Of a stretch of 64,000 bases of DNA, positions 37,453 through 50,699 are shown one piece after another. A program made the position numbers and the translations under genes. The stretch comes from Mustelus asterias. Taxonomy: Eukaryota. Positions within the stretch are counted from its first letter, which is position 1, and every line of letters starts with the position of its first letter. The notes under the pieces are model-generated. The model ran no database searches. It worked only from the letters and a program-made list of their open reading frames with translations, and was not told the DNA's origin. The stretch is from assembly GCF_964213995.1 (NCBI RefSeq), contig NC_135823.1, positions 806,001-870,000 on the forward strand, written 5' to 3'.

Positions 37453-38654
37453 TGTCCTTGACCCAGTCGGTGGGACTCTGAATCCCAATTCGAATCTCAT
37501 TGCGAAATCGCTCTTGACCTTTCTGTGAAGGAGGCGTGAAATATGCAGAGTGAATGTTGTGTTCTGTGTTTATTAATACATACACGATTGGTGTTAGAAG
37601 CTTGAATTGGAGTAGAAAGCTCTCTGTGGTTTTTCTGTTTACTACAGGCCCAACTGTCGCAACGCACTGAGTACATTTTTCAAAATACCACACATATCTA
37701 TCCACATCAGGTGGACCAGATTTGGAAAACAGAGCACGGCGGTTCCTAATCTTGTAAGGATACAGAGCCAATGGAACAGTTGTTCTAAATATTTCACAAG
37801 ACTGACAGCAGAACTGATAGCTTCTAACTATCAGTGAGCATTGAATGGGCTGGAGCTCTTCTCTCTAAAACAAGTGACGATTGAGGATTGACAGGAAAGA
37901 GACGATGACAAATACGAAATTGTTGAAAGTACAGACGTAGGATTTCAAATGGATTGGACACCAGTTTCAGCTAGTCACCAGTAATTGAAATACGAAATTG
38001 AAGACATTCGGGTGAATTTGATTTGATTTGATTCGAATTGATTTGATTGATTATTGCCACAGTGAATATTTATTATTGGTGTGCAGTGAATAGTATCGTT
38101 TCTTGCGCTATACAGACAAACCATACCGTTCATAATGTGCATGGATTTGATTTAATAATGTCACATGTATTGATATACAACGAAAAGTATTGTTCATTGC
38201 GTGCTATAATGACAAAGCATACTGTAAATGGGGAGAAGGAAAGAAGAGGGTGCAGATCATAATGTCACAGTCACAAATAGGTTGTCGAGAAAGATCAGCT
38301 AAACATAAGGTCCGTCCATTCAAAAGTCTGATGACAGCAGGGAAAGAGCTGTTCTTGAGTCGTTTGCTACCTATTCGCAGACTTTTCCATCATTTTTCCG
38401 GACGGACGAAAGTGAACAGAATGTGGAAGTATGTGGAACACACTACGACAGGGAATGATTGAGATGAATGGCAGAAGTGAATGTAACGAGAGAGTTGGAG
38501 AAAGGCAGCAGAGAGAAAAGAATAGAAGGACATGTTGATGGGGTGATATGAAGAGGCAATAGGATGAGGCACGCGTGGTGCAATAACAGCAGCACAGAGC
38601 AAATGGGTCGAATGGTCCCAAGCTGCGCTCTGCGTTTTATACAATTGTGTGTAA

Positions 38655-39015
38655 GGCGGCACGGCAGCACAGTGGGGCGGCACGGTAGCACAGTGGTTAG
38701 CACTGCTGCTTCACAGCTCCAGGGACCTGGGTTCGATTCCCGGCTTGGGTCACTGTCTGTGTGGAGTTTGCACATTCTCCTCGTGTCTGCGTGGGTTTCT
38801 TCCGGGTGCTCCGGTTTCCTCCCACAGTCCAAAGATATGCGGATTAGTTTGATTGGCCATGCTAAAATTACCCTTAGTGCCCTGGGATGCGTAGGTTAGA
38901 GGGATTAGTGGGTAAATATGTAGGGATATGGGGGTAGGGCCTGGGAGGGATTGTGGTCGGTGCAGACTCGATGGGCTGAATTGCCTCTTTCTGTGCTGTA
39001 GGGTTTCTAAGTTTC
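38655..39015 (+). mobile_element. HE1-type SINE, full length, with doubled head
   Basis: Closely matches 3822-4190. Confidence 0.9.
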
Positions 39016-41039
39016 TAAGTGTAACAAAAATAGGAACTGAAACCTGTGCAGATCAGAGCCATTGAAGGGCTAATACGCAAACAGTTAGTGCTGCCTCTTT
39101 GCTTTGCATGGTCTGCAACAGGACATGTTTGTCGTTGTTTCAGAAATATGATAGTCGCCCTGTTTAATATAGAAACAACCCTGACCACATCATGTTTCAT
39201 GATTCTTCACAGTAAGTGAAGCATTTTTGGAACTGCAGTGACGTTTGTACTTCTGTACTTAGTAATAGACTTGCCCAATACAATAGCTTTGGAACAGAAA
39301 TTTGCTAATGACTTGATAGGCTAACTTTCAACTATTATTTTTTCTTCCATTGGTGGTACATGACCGTCGCTAGTAAGCCAGCATTTTAAGCCCATCCTTC
39401 GTTGCACTTGGAAGGCATTTGAGAATGAACCACAAAGGTGCGGCTCTGGAATCGTATGTCGGCCATTCCTGGTCAGGACGTCAGATTTCCTTCCTTAAAG
39501 GACATTAATAAACCAAATTGGTTTTTAGAACGATCGAGATTGGTTTCATGGTCATCAGTACACTCTTAATTCCAAACTGCGTTTTATTAGAACATAGAAA
39601 AGTGCAGCCCAGGAGCAGGCCCTTCGGCTCACGCTGTTCTGCCGACCATGACGCCAACTTAAATTAAACCCTTCTGTCTTCCCTTCGTCCTTATCCCTCT
39701 ATTCCGTGCATATTAATATTCTCATCTAAAAAGCCCCGTAAACGCTCCGACCGTATCTGCCTCTGCCACCAACCCTGTCAGCGAGTTTCAGGCACCTACT
39801 GCTCTCTGTGTAAAAAAACTTACACCTCTCATCTCTTTTGAACTTCCCCGTCTACCTGACCTGCACTGGTACGATATATTACAACTCTGGGGAAAATATT
39901 CTGGCTGTGAACTCTATCTGTGCCTCTCATAAGTTAGAAACATGTGAAAATTCCAGTATCTGCCGAGGCAGGAAACGGACACGGACCCCTAGAACATTAG
40001 CTACATTTCTGGATCAAAAGTCCAGCGAAAATACCACGAGACCACCGCTTCCTCCTTGATAAGAGGTAAATATTAGACCAGAATCTCGTCCTTACTCTCT
40101 TTTGATATAGTTTCATTTTACACTTTCACATCTGCACAAGATTGGCAGAAACTCAATGCCTCCATCTAAAGACAACATCTCAGCAGTAGTGCAGTGCTCC
40201 TTCGGCAATGCACGGATATAACGACATGCATCGACTGCCAAAGTCTTAAGAACGGAATTGAGAATCAGCAACCCAGGGTGTTCTAATTTAGAAACACACA
40301 AACTAGAAATAGGAGTACGTCACTCGGACCTTCGAGCCTGCTCCGCCATTCAGTTTGATTATTGCTCATGATCCCATTCAATACCCTGGTCCTCTCTCTC
40401 CCAGCCCCCCCCCCCCTCCAACCACCCCCCCCCCCCCCCCCACCCCCTCCCCCCACCCACCCACCCACCATGTCCCTTGCTTCCTTTACCCCTAAGAGCA
40501 ATGTCTAATTTCATCTTCAAAACAGACTCCGGAAAAGGGACTGGAATTGATTTTGGTCTCTTGCACATCCGCCACTTTCCATCACTCCAACTTTCCTGCT
40601 TTGTAGTAGGCTGACTCTGGAGCTCTCTCCCTAAATCGCTTTGCCTCTGTCTCTCTTTAAAATAATCCTCAAACCTAACTGTTTGACAAAACCTACAGCT
40701 TAAACGTTCTAATCTGGACAGCATTCCTGGTCAACCTCTGCTGTACCCTTTCCAAATCATCCACCTCCTGCCTGTAGTGTGGCAACCAGAATTGAACGCA
40801 ATACTCCAAATGTGGCCGAACCAAAGCTTCATACAGCTGCATTCTCCAGCACCTGCCGAGACAAGAATCGAACACGGGTACCGAGAACATTCGCTGAATT
40901 TCAGGATTAATAGTCCAGGGTAATACCACGAAGCCAGCGCCTCCTCCTTGATCAGAGGTAAATGTTAGTCCAGTATCTTACCTGCCCCTGATAACCTTTA
41001 AACATTTTGGAGTCAAGTTGTGCTGATTCACTTTAGAGT

Positions 41040-41870
41040 GAAGGGTCAGGAGGCAGATGCAGTATAATGTGGATGAATGTGAGGTCATCCACTTTGGTAG
41101 CAAAAATAGGAAGGCAAATTATTATTTGAATAGGTGTAAATTGACAGAGGTAGATACTCAGCGAGATCTTCGTGTCCTGGGGCATCAGTCTCAGAATGTA
41201 AGTGCATAGGTTGAGCGGGCATCAAAGAAGGAAAATAGTATGCTGGCCTTCATAGCGAGAGGATTTGAATATGGGGATAGGGATGTTTTGCCGGAATTGC
41301 ACCGGGCGTTGGTAAGGCCACAGCTGGAGTATTTTGTGCAATTCTGGTGTCCTTGTCTGAGGAAGGATGTCCTTGCTATAGAGGGATCACAACGAAAGTT
41401 CATCAGGCTGATTCTTGGGATGGCAGGTCTGTCATATGAGAAGAAGTTATGTCGTATAGGATAATATTCAGTGGAGTTGAGAAGACTGAAAAGGAATCTC
41501 ATGGAAACATATCATATTTTTAATGGGTTTGAGATGGTGGATGCAGAAAGGAAGTTCTCGATGGTGGGGGAGTCCAGAACCCGTGGTTGGATTTTGAGGA
41601 TAAGTGCTTACCTTTTAGTACTGAGTTGAGGAGAAATCTCTACACTCAGAGAGCGGTGAATGTGTGGAATTTACTACCACTAGTTGAGGCCAAAACATTG
41701 TGTGATTTCTCGACGAATAGCTCTCGCGGCTCAAGGAATTCAGGGATATGGAGGTTAGGCGAGATCAAGATATTGAATTTGATGGTTACTCATGATCAAA
41801 ATGAATGGCGGAGCAGGCTCAAAGAGCTGAATGAGCGACACCTGCTTCTATGTTCAATGTTACTATGTGA
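41040..41870 (+). mobile_element. CR1-clade LINE 3' fragment
   Basis: MLAFIARGFEY..RPQLEYFVQFW. Confidence 0.9.
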
Positions 41871-42099
41871 CCATGTTGACGTTCCTCTTTAGAATGATGT
41901 CATGCGTACAGAGTCGGCCATGGTCTGAACGCCAACTTTCACTTTGACAAATAATAACAAAGACAGACGTTCCTTAAATGAGAAATTTACAATCGCAACT
42001 AGACAACGGAACCTAAGTATCTTTGCTCTTGAGTTACAGCATGTAGCTGTATAAGCAACTTGGAAGCCTTCGAAGATTTGGAAGACTTCATCGTGAGGG

Positions 42100-44190
42100 G
42101 ATTTGTGTACACTTGTAAGGATTTCTTGCTGCATTTGTATAAGGTCCTGCTGAGACCTCGCCTGGAGTTTTGCGTCCAATTCTAGTCCTCTTCCCTCAGC
42201 TGCGACATACGCCCCATAGAGGCAGTGGTTCGCAGATCAATGCTTGGGATAGGGATTTGTCTGAGGAGAGATTGATGAGACAATATCCATATTTCCAACA
42301 ATTTTCTAGAATGAGGCGACCCCTGATTGTTGCATAGAAAACTCTTACAGAGTGCAATCGGATGGATGTGGATAAGGTTCCTCGTGGTGAGTCAAATACC
42401 TGGGGGGATGATGCCAGGATGTGGAGAGGGCATTTTGAACAGTGAAGATAAGGAATGTATCCACTCATAGTGATGAATCTTTCGAATCGTCTACTCTGGA
42501 GAGCTGCCAAAACTCAGTCGTTAGAAATGTTGAAGACCGAAGCCGGTGGATTCCTAGAGACGAATGACATCAAGAGAAATTGTGATCCTGTTGGAAAGTA
42601 TGGATGAGGACAGTAATGACTCCTGACCTGACAGAACGTCAGCACCATCTCGACGGGTTGAAATTTCTCTTCCTGTTTTTTGGTTCCGATGTCATAATTT
42701 CCTGCGCCTTTTCTCGAACAGCAGCACAGCTCGCTCCACCCAAAGGGTTTTCCCAAAGCCCTGGACTTACTTCACGTCAGAAAAGGATCCAATTCTAATT
42801 TGAAAACCTTTATTCAATCGGTCCCCATCGCACTCAGACAGAGCAATCCAGATCTTAAACATTGGCTATGTGAATTAAAATGAATTTTATATAATGACGC
42901 AGTTGCTGCCTCAGTCAAATCATCTGCAGTTTTCAATTCGTTTTTGCAAAGACATGTTGGTCTACCTGCAGTGTACCATAAGTGAGCCATGCAGATCAAA
43001 GACAGATTCAGAAATGTTCTCAATTCGAAAACTGACACAAAAAGTGTGCCTAGAATAATCCACAACCTTCCCATTAATATGGAACTGCAGTCAAAATAAT
43101 AAGAGCAATCATGGATAATTATCAGTGCGGCTCTGGAATGCATCAGTTTATTCCACCGGCAATCCTGTTCAAGAAGCAGTTTTTGGATTTTACTGGTTTG
43201 CCCACATCATTGCCGTTCACATAATTACGATGCATGCTTAATCTCTAGATATGTATCTACTTTCTTTTTATTAATTCGTGGGACATGGGTGTCGCTGGCT
43301 GACCAGCATTTATTGCCCATCTTTAGTCGCCCGAGTGAAGTTGAAACTCAACCACATTGGTGTGGCTCTGGAGTTACAGGAAGGCCAGCCCTGGTAAGGA
43401 CGGCAGATTTCCTCACTTGAAGAGCTTTCGTGAACCCCATGTTTATTTTCAATAATCGACGATGTTTTCATGGTCACCTGTAGATTCCTAATTCCAGATT
43501 TTTGTTTTTGTATTGAATTCAAATTCCACCATCTGCCATGGCTGAATTCGAATCTGGGTCCCCAGAACTTTAGCTGAGTTTCTGGATTACTGGCGAGAAT
43601 ACCACTCTGTCATCGCCTCCCTTATTTACTCCCTACCATCCAAGAACCCCAATCCTGCACATCCTCAGTGATGGCACTATCTGTCAATTGTATGATGACA
43701 TTGCGAAAGAGGGAGTGCAATGAAGGTTTATCCAGACTGGATTCTTGGATGGTAGGTCTGTCATATGAGGCGAAACTAAATCCGTTCGTATTATATTCAC
43801 TGGAGTTTCGAAGAGTCAGAGGGCGTTTCATAGAATCTTATGAAATTCTAACAGGTTTAGCGAGGGTACATTCAGAAAGAATGTTTCCAATGGTGGGGGA
43901 GTCCAGAACTAGGAGTTTGAGGAGATGGGGTAAATCTTTTAGAAATGTGATGAGGAGAAATTTCTTCACCCTGAGGGTGGTGAATGTGTGGAATTCACTA
44001 CCAGAAAGTAGCTGAGGCCAAAGCGATGCCTGATTTCAAGAAGAAATTAGATTTAGCTCTTGTGGCTAAAGCGATCAAGGGACACAGGGGGAAGGGGGGA
44101 TCAGGATATTGAATGCGATGATCAGCCACGATCAAAATGAATTGTGGAGCAGGATCGAGGGGCCGAATGCCCTGCTCATGCTTTTTGTCT
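42100..44190 (+). mobile_element. Two decayed CR1 3' fragments (42100-42690, 43710-44190) flanking a SINE
   Basis: LYKVLLRPRLEF; YSLEFRRVRGRFIESYEIL..RRNFFTLRVVNVWNSLP. Confidence 0.7.
43265..43622 (-). mobile_element. Deu-SINE/SacSINE1-like element (also 1375-1740+, 7885-8460+, 16890-17250+, 35860-36090-, 39345-39590-, and 52800-53465+ split by a CR1)
   Basis: Conserved core gcagatggtggaatttgaattcaat..gaccatgaa..ggaaatctgccgtccttacc; family name from recall. Confidence 0.7.
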
Positions 44191-47100
44191 TTACGTTCCT
44201 CTGACCAGTTGACAGACATATTATTCCATATAAGAACGTTCACCAGCTACTCCAGGACCATAGGGACAGGAGAGTTTGCAAAGTCTGTCTGCCAAGTCCA
44301 ACCACACCCCACTAAGAATCAGCTTCCTCACCACTTTTACGAGTCCCTTTGGAACTTACCGTTCCCGCCCTCCGCGCGTTCACGTCGCCTCTGAACTGAT
44401 TACACAAAATGACAAATATATAACTCTCAATTCTTTCATGTGAATCATTATTAAATATGATCAAAGAGCAAATGTACCTCAAATCGTCACTGGTGAAGTG
44501 CACTCCCCACAACCCTGCAATTTTTTTGTCTTCACTCTGTGTTCCCAACCTCTCAATCAATTGGCAATCACAATCTGAAAGTTCTAATTCCATGCAGTGC
44601 GGAGTTTGTCAATAATCGGCTACTGACTACCATGTGGGAGAATCATGTACTTAGCGTTCAGAGAAAATTTGCTGTCTCCTTAGAAGTTTCAATTATATTT
44701 AACAGAGAGGATTCCACTTTAATGAAACGATATTTGCACTCTCGACTCAGTTCATTTCGGTGAAATATTTGCTCATATTAGGAGCAATAGCAGATCCTAA
44801 AAAACTCCCCACAGCTGTCGTTTCAGGCTTCTGGATATCTGGTTTCACTTTCCGTTCTAACTCTAACCCTAGTTAATTGGCTAATTACGTGGCAGGTGGT
44901 GTATACTATTGAAAAATGCGAAACTATCCACTCGAGTGGAATGATCCGAAAATCAGGATATTTTTAAAGCTTGAAGGACTTGGACCTTCTGATATTACAG
45001 TATGAGCGGCACGGTGTCACAGTGGTCAGCACTGCTGCTTGACAGTGCCTGAAAGCGCCTGGTTTAATTACATCCTTGGGTGACCATCCGTGTGCAGTTT
45101 GCACTTTCTTCTCGTGACTGCGTGGGTTTTCACCGATGCTTCAGTTTCCTCCCACACACCAAACATTTGCTGGTGAGGTGGATTGGCCATGCTGATTTGC
45201 CCCTTCGTGTCCAAAGATGGGCAGGTTAGATTGATTTGCCCTGCTGAATTGCCCCTTAGGGTTAGGGAGATTAGCAGGGTAAATACCTGGGATTACCGGA
45301 AATGGCCCTGAAGGTGGTTGTTGCTGGTGCAGACTCAGTGGGCCAAATGCACAGTAGGGATTCTATGAGTTTTTGATTCACATAGCTTGGATGTTCTTGT
45401 GCAGTACATACATTTACCAGAAGGTACCCAAGCAATTTGCAAAGCCATTTGATTGGTGGAATTTATTGCAATGTTTGGAGTATTTCTTGTGATTATAGAG
45501 TAAGGAATACATATTGCAATCACACCGCACGTCACTAAGATTATGTCAAGAATACTGAGTGCCGTTTAGTTCTCCTTTACTGAGGAACGCTGCATTTGCC
45601 TTTCAGGTAAGATTTCGTTTGTTTGATTTCTGGCAGGAAAGGTTTGTCCTTTCTGAGGGGATTCATTAGTATGGATCGACATTAGCTTGAGTTCAGAAGA
45701 GTAATATTTGTTAAATGAGAAGATTCGGGCTGGGATTTCGGGAATACGATTGGGAATGTGCTTGTGGCTCGCTGGGGAGTCCTGAACACAGCGGTAGTAG
45801 TCTCAAGATAAAGACTGAGATGAGCGGACAGTCCTTCATTCATAGATCTGTGAGCATTTGGAATAGTCTGCTGCAGAGAGTTTTGGATGGTCAATCATTG
45901 AGAGCATTGAAGACAGAAATTAATGTTTGCGAGGGATCAAGTCAATATGGCGTTAATGTAGAATCAGGATCTAATTGCCTGATCGAGAAGGAATGAAGTC
46001 TTTATTTAACATGGTTTACTATGTTAAACTCACTGTGGTTGTTGCAATTTCTCCTCCTGACCATACGGTGCCGCTTAAACTTGCCCATGCATTTCCCTAT
46101 TGCCCAGTCCTCCCGAAGTGAAATATTGCCTGCTCCATTTTCCTTTCTCCTTTTCCCTTACCTTGTCAAACACTAGCCACTTTCCCATGGAGGGAGTGGT
46201 GTCCGTCATTGATTCATGATGACAAATCATTTATTTAAATCAAATAGCCAAAGGAAGGCATCCTCACAATGGAAACTGAAAGGAAATTCTTATCGGCGAC
46301 GATTCTTCACGACTCTGTCCCTGATTCAGGCCTTTGCCGGCCGCTGGACATTGTGGAAACATATGCCGTCAATGACTATCCAACTGTGAAAATGTCCGGC
46401 TGATTTCCAAAATAGGGTTGGGACCAGTTATGGATTTTGCATAGGACAGCACACAGATATTTTGCCGAATATTTTATGACCTTCACATTCTTTATGAAGT
46501 TGTTCGGTCTCCCTGAACAAATATACTAAAGGGCAACTCTTCCAAAGATCCACCAGGGGCGCGGATTGGAATTATTCTGAACTTTGTCAGTCCATCTCCA
46601 TGTGATTTCCTCAGAATCGTAACAATGTTCAGGATGCGCCAAGGTGCTACATGCATTCATACAATCCTGCAGTGCATGAAGTGGCCAATTGGTCCCATCG
46701 AGTCTGCACCGATTCTCTCACAAAGCATCTTATCCAGGGCTTAGTCTGTAACCCGCTGTGTTTATCCTACTAATCCCCTGCATATATTGGCACATTAGCA
46801 TGGCCAATCCACCTAACCTACATATCTTTAGACTGTGGGAAGAAATGGAGCACCCAGAGGACATCCGCACATATAGGGAGAGAACGTACAAACTGCACAC
46901 AGAGAGTGTTCCAAGCCAGATTTCGAACCCAGGTCTCTGGATCTATCAGGCAGCAATGCTAACCACTGTGCCACCGTGCCGTCCTCCTACATGACATCGG
47001 AAGTAATTATCAAATGTACTCACTGTTTACAGTGTGCAAAATAAAACAGAAAAATATTAGAAATTATATTATTGCGAATAAACTGAAATTGTTGAATCAC

Positions 47101-47806
47101 TCAGTTTTATTTTTTTTTCGTCTGAAGTGGAATGTGACGCGCCAGGATTTTAATGGCGTCAAATCAGAAATCAGATCACATTTTATTGAAGATCCATAAT
47201 TTTCCCATGCACGACATCACGAAAGTCTCTGTGCTATGAATCAATTCATTCTAATTTTCTCGAACACTATCACTCACTTTTTCCCTTTCCCTATCTCACA
47301 AACATGTATACGCACAGAAACAGACAAAAACATATCCGCCCGAGCACACATATATAATGCTACACATTCATTTTTTTCACACACAGCCAGTATTCTATAC
47401 TTTAAGGAATTATCTCTCGCATAAACACAGACACACACAGACGCACATGTCTAATTACTGTTTTTAATTCCTTTATCTTATTCACGTACTCTCATGCACG
47501 CTGGCTCCCAACCAAATGGGTGCCGGTTGAATTACCGGTTTACGTGACTGTCTGTGTGTAGTCTGCACGTTGTTGCGAATGCTTCAGCCTTGCCTTTTTC
47601 CGTGAACTGCAGGGCCTCTCCATCATTGAGGATGGGGATGTTTTTGGGGGCCTCCTCCTCCCGTGCGTTGTTCAATTGTCCGCCAACATTCATGGCTGGA
47701 TGCGGCAGGACTACAGAGTTTATGGGCTGAACCGATTGTTGTGGAATTGCTTAGCCAGATCTATTACTTTCTGCGTTGGGTTTTTGGCACGTAAGTGATC
47801 CTGTGT

Positions 47807-49205
47807 ATGAGCTGCCACATGGAGTCCTCAGCAGCTCGCACTGTCTTCTGTTACAGACCACAGGACTGAATCCACATGGGGCTGCTTTGACACTGGGGAT
47901 TATTTTCTCCCAGAAGAGTGAAGACTTTCGAGTGAGATTTCCAATCAGGGAAGTAATTATTTCCTGCTCATTGTAAATATCTGAAAACAAAGAAACATCG
48001 AAACTAGAAGCAGAATTAGGCCATTCGGCCCTTCAAACCTGCTCTGCCATTCATCATGATCATAGCTGTTCATAAAATTCAATATCCTGATCCCCCTTCC
48101 CCTATATTTCTTGGTTCCTTTAGCCCCAAGAGCTATATCTAATTTTTTCTTGAAATCACATAACCTATTGACATCAATTGCTTTGTGAGGCAGTGAATTA
48201 CAGACATTCACAACTCAGTGGGTGAAGGAATTTCTCGTCACCTCAGTCCAATAATGCTTACTAATTATCCTCAAACTTTGGACTGTTCTGGATTCCCATG
48301 CCATCGGCAACATTCTTTACGAATCTACCCCGTCTAATCCTCTTCGAAATTTATAAATTTCCATGAGATACTCTCTCAGTCTTCTCATCTCCATTGAATA
48401 TAACCGTACCTGACTTAATCTCTCCTCATTCGACAGGCCTGCCATCCCAGGAATCATCCTAGTTAACCTTCGTTGTACTCTCTTTATAGGAAGGGCATCC
48501 TTCCTCAGATAAGGACACCAAAACTGTAAAGAATACTCCACGTGTGGCCTCGCCAACGCCCGATACAATTGCAGCAAAACATCCCTATTTCTATACTCAA
48601 ATCCTCTCGCTATGAAGGCCAACGTAACATTTCCATTCTTTACTGCCTGATGTACGTGCGTGATTCCTTTCAGCGAGAAATGATTCGGTGAGATGTTTGC
48701 TGAAGGCCAAACAATTGCCCATTATTCCGAAATGCGTCCATGCTTGTGAGTATACTGAAAAATTCATCATTATTCTATTCTACATCAATCAAAACGCTTT
48801 CTCTTTGTTTTAACTAATAACGGGGATTCGGTTTGTTTCTCAGGATTTAGCGCACCCCCCCCCCCCCCCCCGCCCTTCCCCCCCCCCCGCCCGCCACACC
48901 CCCCCCCTTCGCCCCCTCCCTCCTCCCCACCCACTGTATTCCTCCTCACTGGGCTGCAGGAGCTCTGTTTTTCATGTATTTGGTTAGAGATTTGTCAACT
49001 AATTGCATTTCCGTCATCTCGAATATACCCTGGGATATCTACTAGCGGATCGATTTCAGGTCCAGCGAGCCAGATGGAAACTTCAACATCAGGAGTTCCA
49101 TTAGCCTCTCCATGGAAGCTTGGATCAGCGGCGCTCTCCATACTTCCATCATTGAAATAAACTGCCTTGAAAATCATATCAGTGGAAGTGCCTCAATACA
49201 GAGCG
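47807..49205 (+). pseudogene. Gene C: fragmented V-C1 relic paralogous to gene B
   Basis: V part 47807-47984 reads MSCHMESSAARTVFCYRPQD*IHMGLL..RLSSEISNQGSNYFLLIVNI. A CR1 follows, then the V 3' remnant 48676-48745 (RNDS.., donor GTGAGT). C1 relic 48844-49205 reads YLVRDLS..EPDGNFNIRSSISLSMEAWISG..INCLENHISGSASIQ and contains a poly-C expansion and a TAG. Confidence 0.8.
47991..48672 (-). mobile_element. CR1-clade LINE 3' fragment inserted in the gene C V exon
   Basis: AFIARGFEYRNRDVLLQLYRALARPHVEY; CR1 tail at ~47991. Confidence 0.9.
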
Positions 49206-49810
49206 ACATAGGAATTCGGAGTGGAAGTGTACAATTCAGCCCTTCGAGCCCGCTCTGCCATTCTATATGCACATGGCTGATTTTATTCTGGTCTTAACTC
49301 TGCTTTCCTGCCTGCTACCCATATCCCTTTAACCCGCTTTTCATCAGCCAAATATCTATTACTTTCTTGATTCTGTTGACTGATTCTGCTTCCCCTGCGC
49401 TCTGGAGCATTGAGTTCCACAGATTCAGAACCCACTGAGAGACGTCGTTTCTCCTCATCTCAGTTTTGAACCTCCCTCCTCTCTCTCGATATCTGTAACC
49501 TCTGTTCTGGACTGTCCCACAAGGCGGGTGGGGGTGGATGGGGGGAGGAGGTGGCATCGGTTGAACGTCCACCATATCAATTTCTTCAGCATTTTATATA
49601 CCCCGATCAGATCCTCCCTCATTGTCCTGAATCCATGAGTACAAACCCAAGCTATCCAACCGCCCCTCGTATGACAGCTCTTTCATCCCTGGAATCAATC
49701 AGGTGAACCTTATATTATCAACTGTCTCCAGTGTCACAACATGCTTCATCAAGCAAGGAGACCAAAACAGGACACAATGCTCCATGTGTGGTCTCATCAA
49801 CGCCTTACCA
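49205..49810 (-). mobile_element. CR1-clade LINE 3' fragment
   Basis: FKTEMRRN..LNLWNS motif; abuts the gene C C1 relic. Confidence 0.75.
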
Positions 49811-50699
49811 ATTAGAAAAAAAAAACTTCCTTACTTTACAAGTCTAGTCCTTTTGCAACAAATGTTAAGATTTTATTTCCATTGCAGGGAACGGGCTATT
49901 GCAAGTGACCGTTTGCCAATTGATAGAATACTGATGTGTAACATTAGTTAGAGCACACCAACTTATCAAATTACAAGTGTCCCTTTTCCATGTCTGTCCC
50001 TGAAGAACCATTTCATCAGTAGTCTTTCGCAGATGTCTCAATCTTACCATACTTAAATGTCTGTAATTTTGATTTTATCTGTTTTCTCGATCCCAGAGAC
50101 ACTGTGGATGCTCAGTCAATCAGACGGATTTAGGGGCACAAATTAACAAGATATGCGAGATCCTAGTGGAAACAGAATTCGATTCGAAGATTGGCGATGA
50201 GTTTCGTTCATGTTCCATCAGACTCTAATGGCTGAATGATGAAGAACTGGTAGTTTCTGCTGAGTAAATCTGTTGACTTCCACTGCTTCCACTGCACTCT
50301 GGCGCAGTGAGTTCCACGGTTTCACAATCCTCTGAGGGAAGTAGTTTATTTTCATCGCAATTTTAAACTTACCAACTCTCTATAAATAGATATATAGACA
50401 TTATACACATAAGACCTCTCGTTCTAGAATGTCCACGAGGGAGGACATCTGTTCAACGTACAATAATACAATATATTTATTAATAACTTGGAGGAAGGAA
50501 GCAAAGTTGATGCCAAGATTGCTGATCAGTTTAGTTCATGTTCCATCAGACTCTAGTGGCCGAGTCTTGAAGAACTGACAGTTTACACAGCTCACCGACA
50601 GTGTAAAGAGTTACAATTATTGACGTGTTGCCGTTTCATGTGGTTAGGCTTCACTGAAATCTACGGTTTAACATTCATAGTTATTATAATACGAGTGCA

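Noticed and set aside
46021-46070. Possible leader exon for gene C (MLNSLWLLQFLLLTI)
   Set aside because: Hydrophobic, but there is no convincing phase-1 donor and the 5' end of the gene C V exon is missing, so it cannot be linked.
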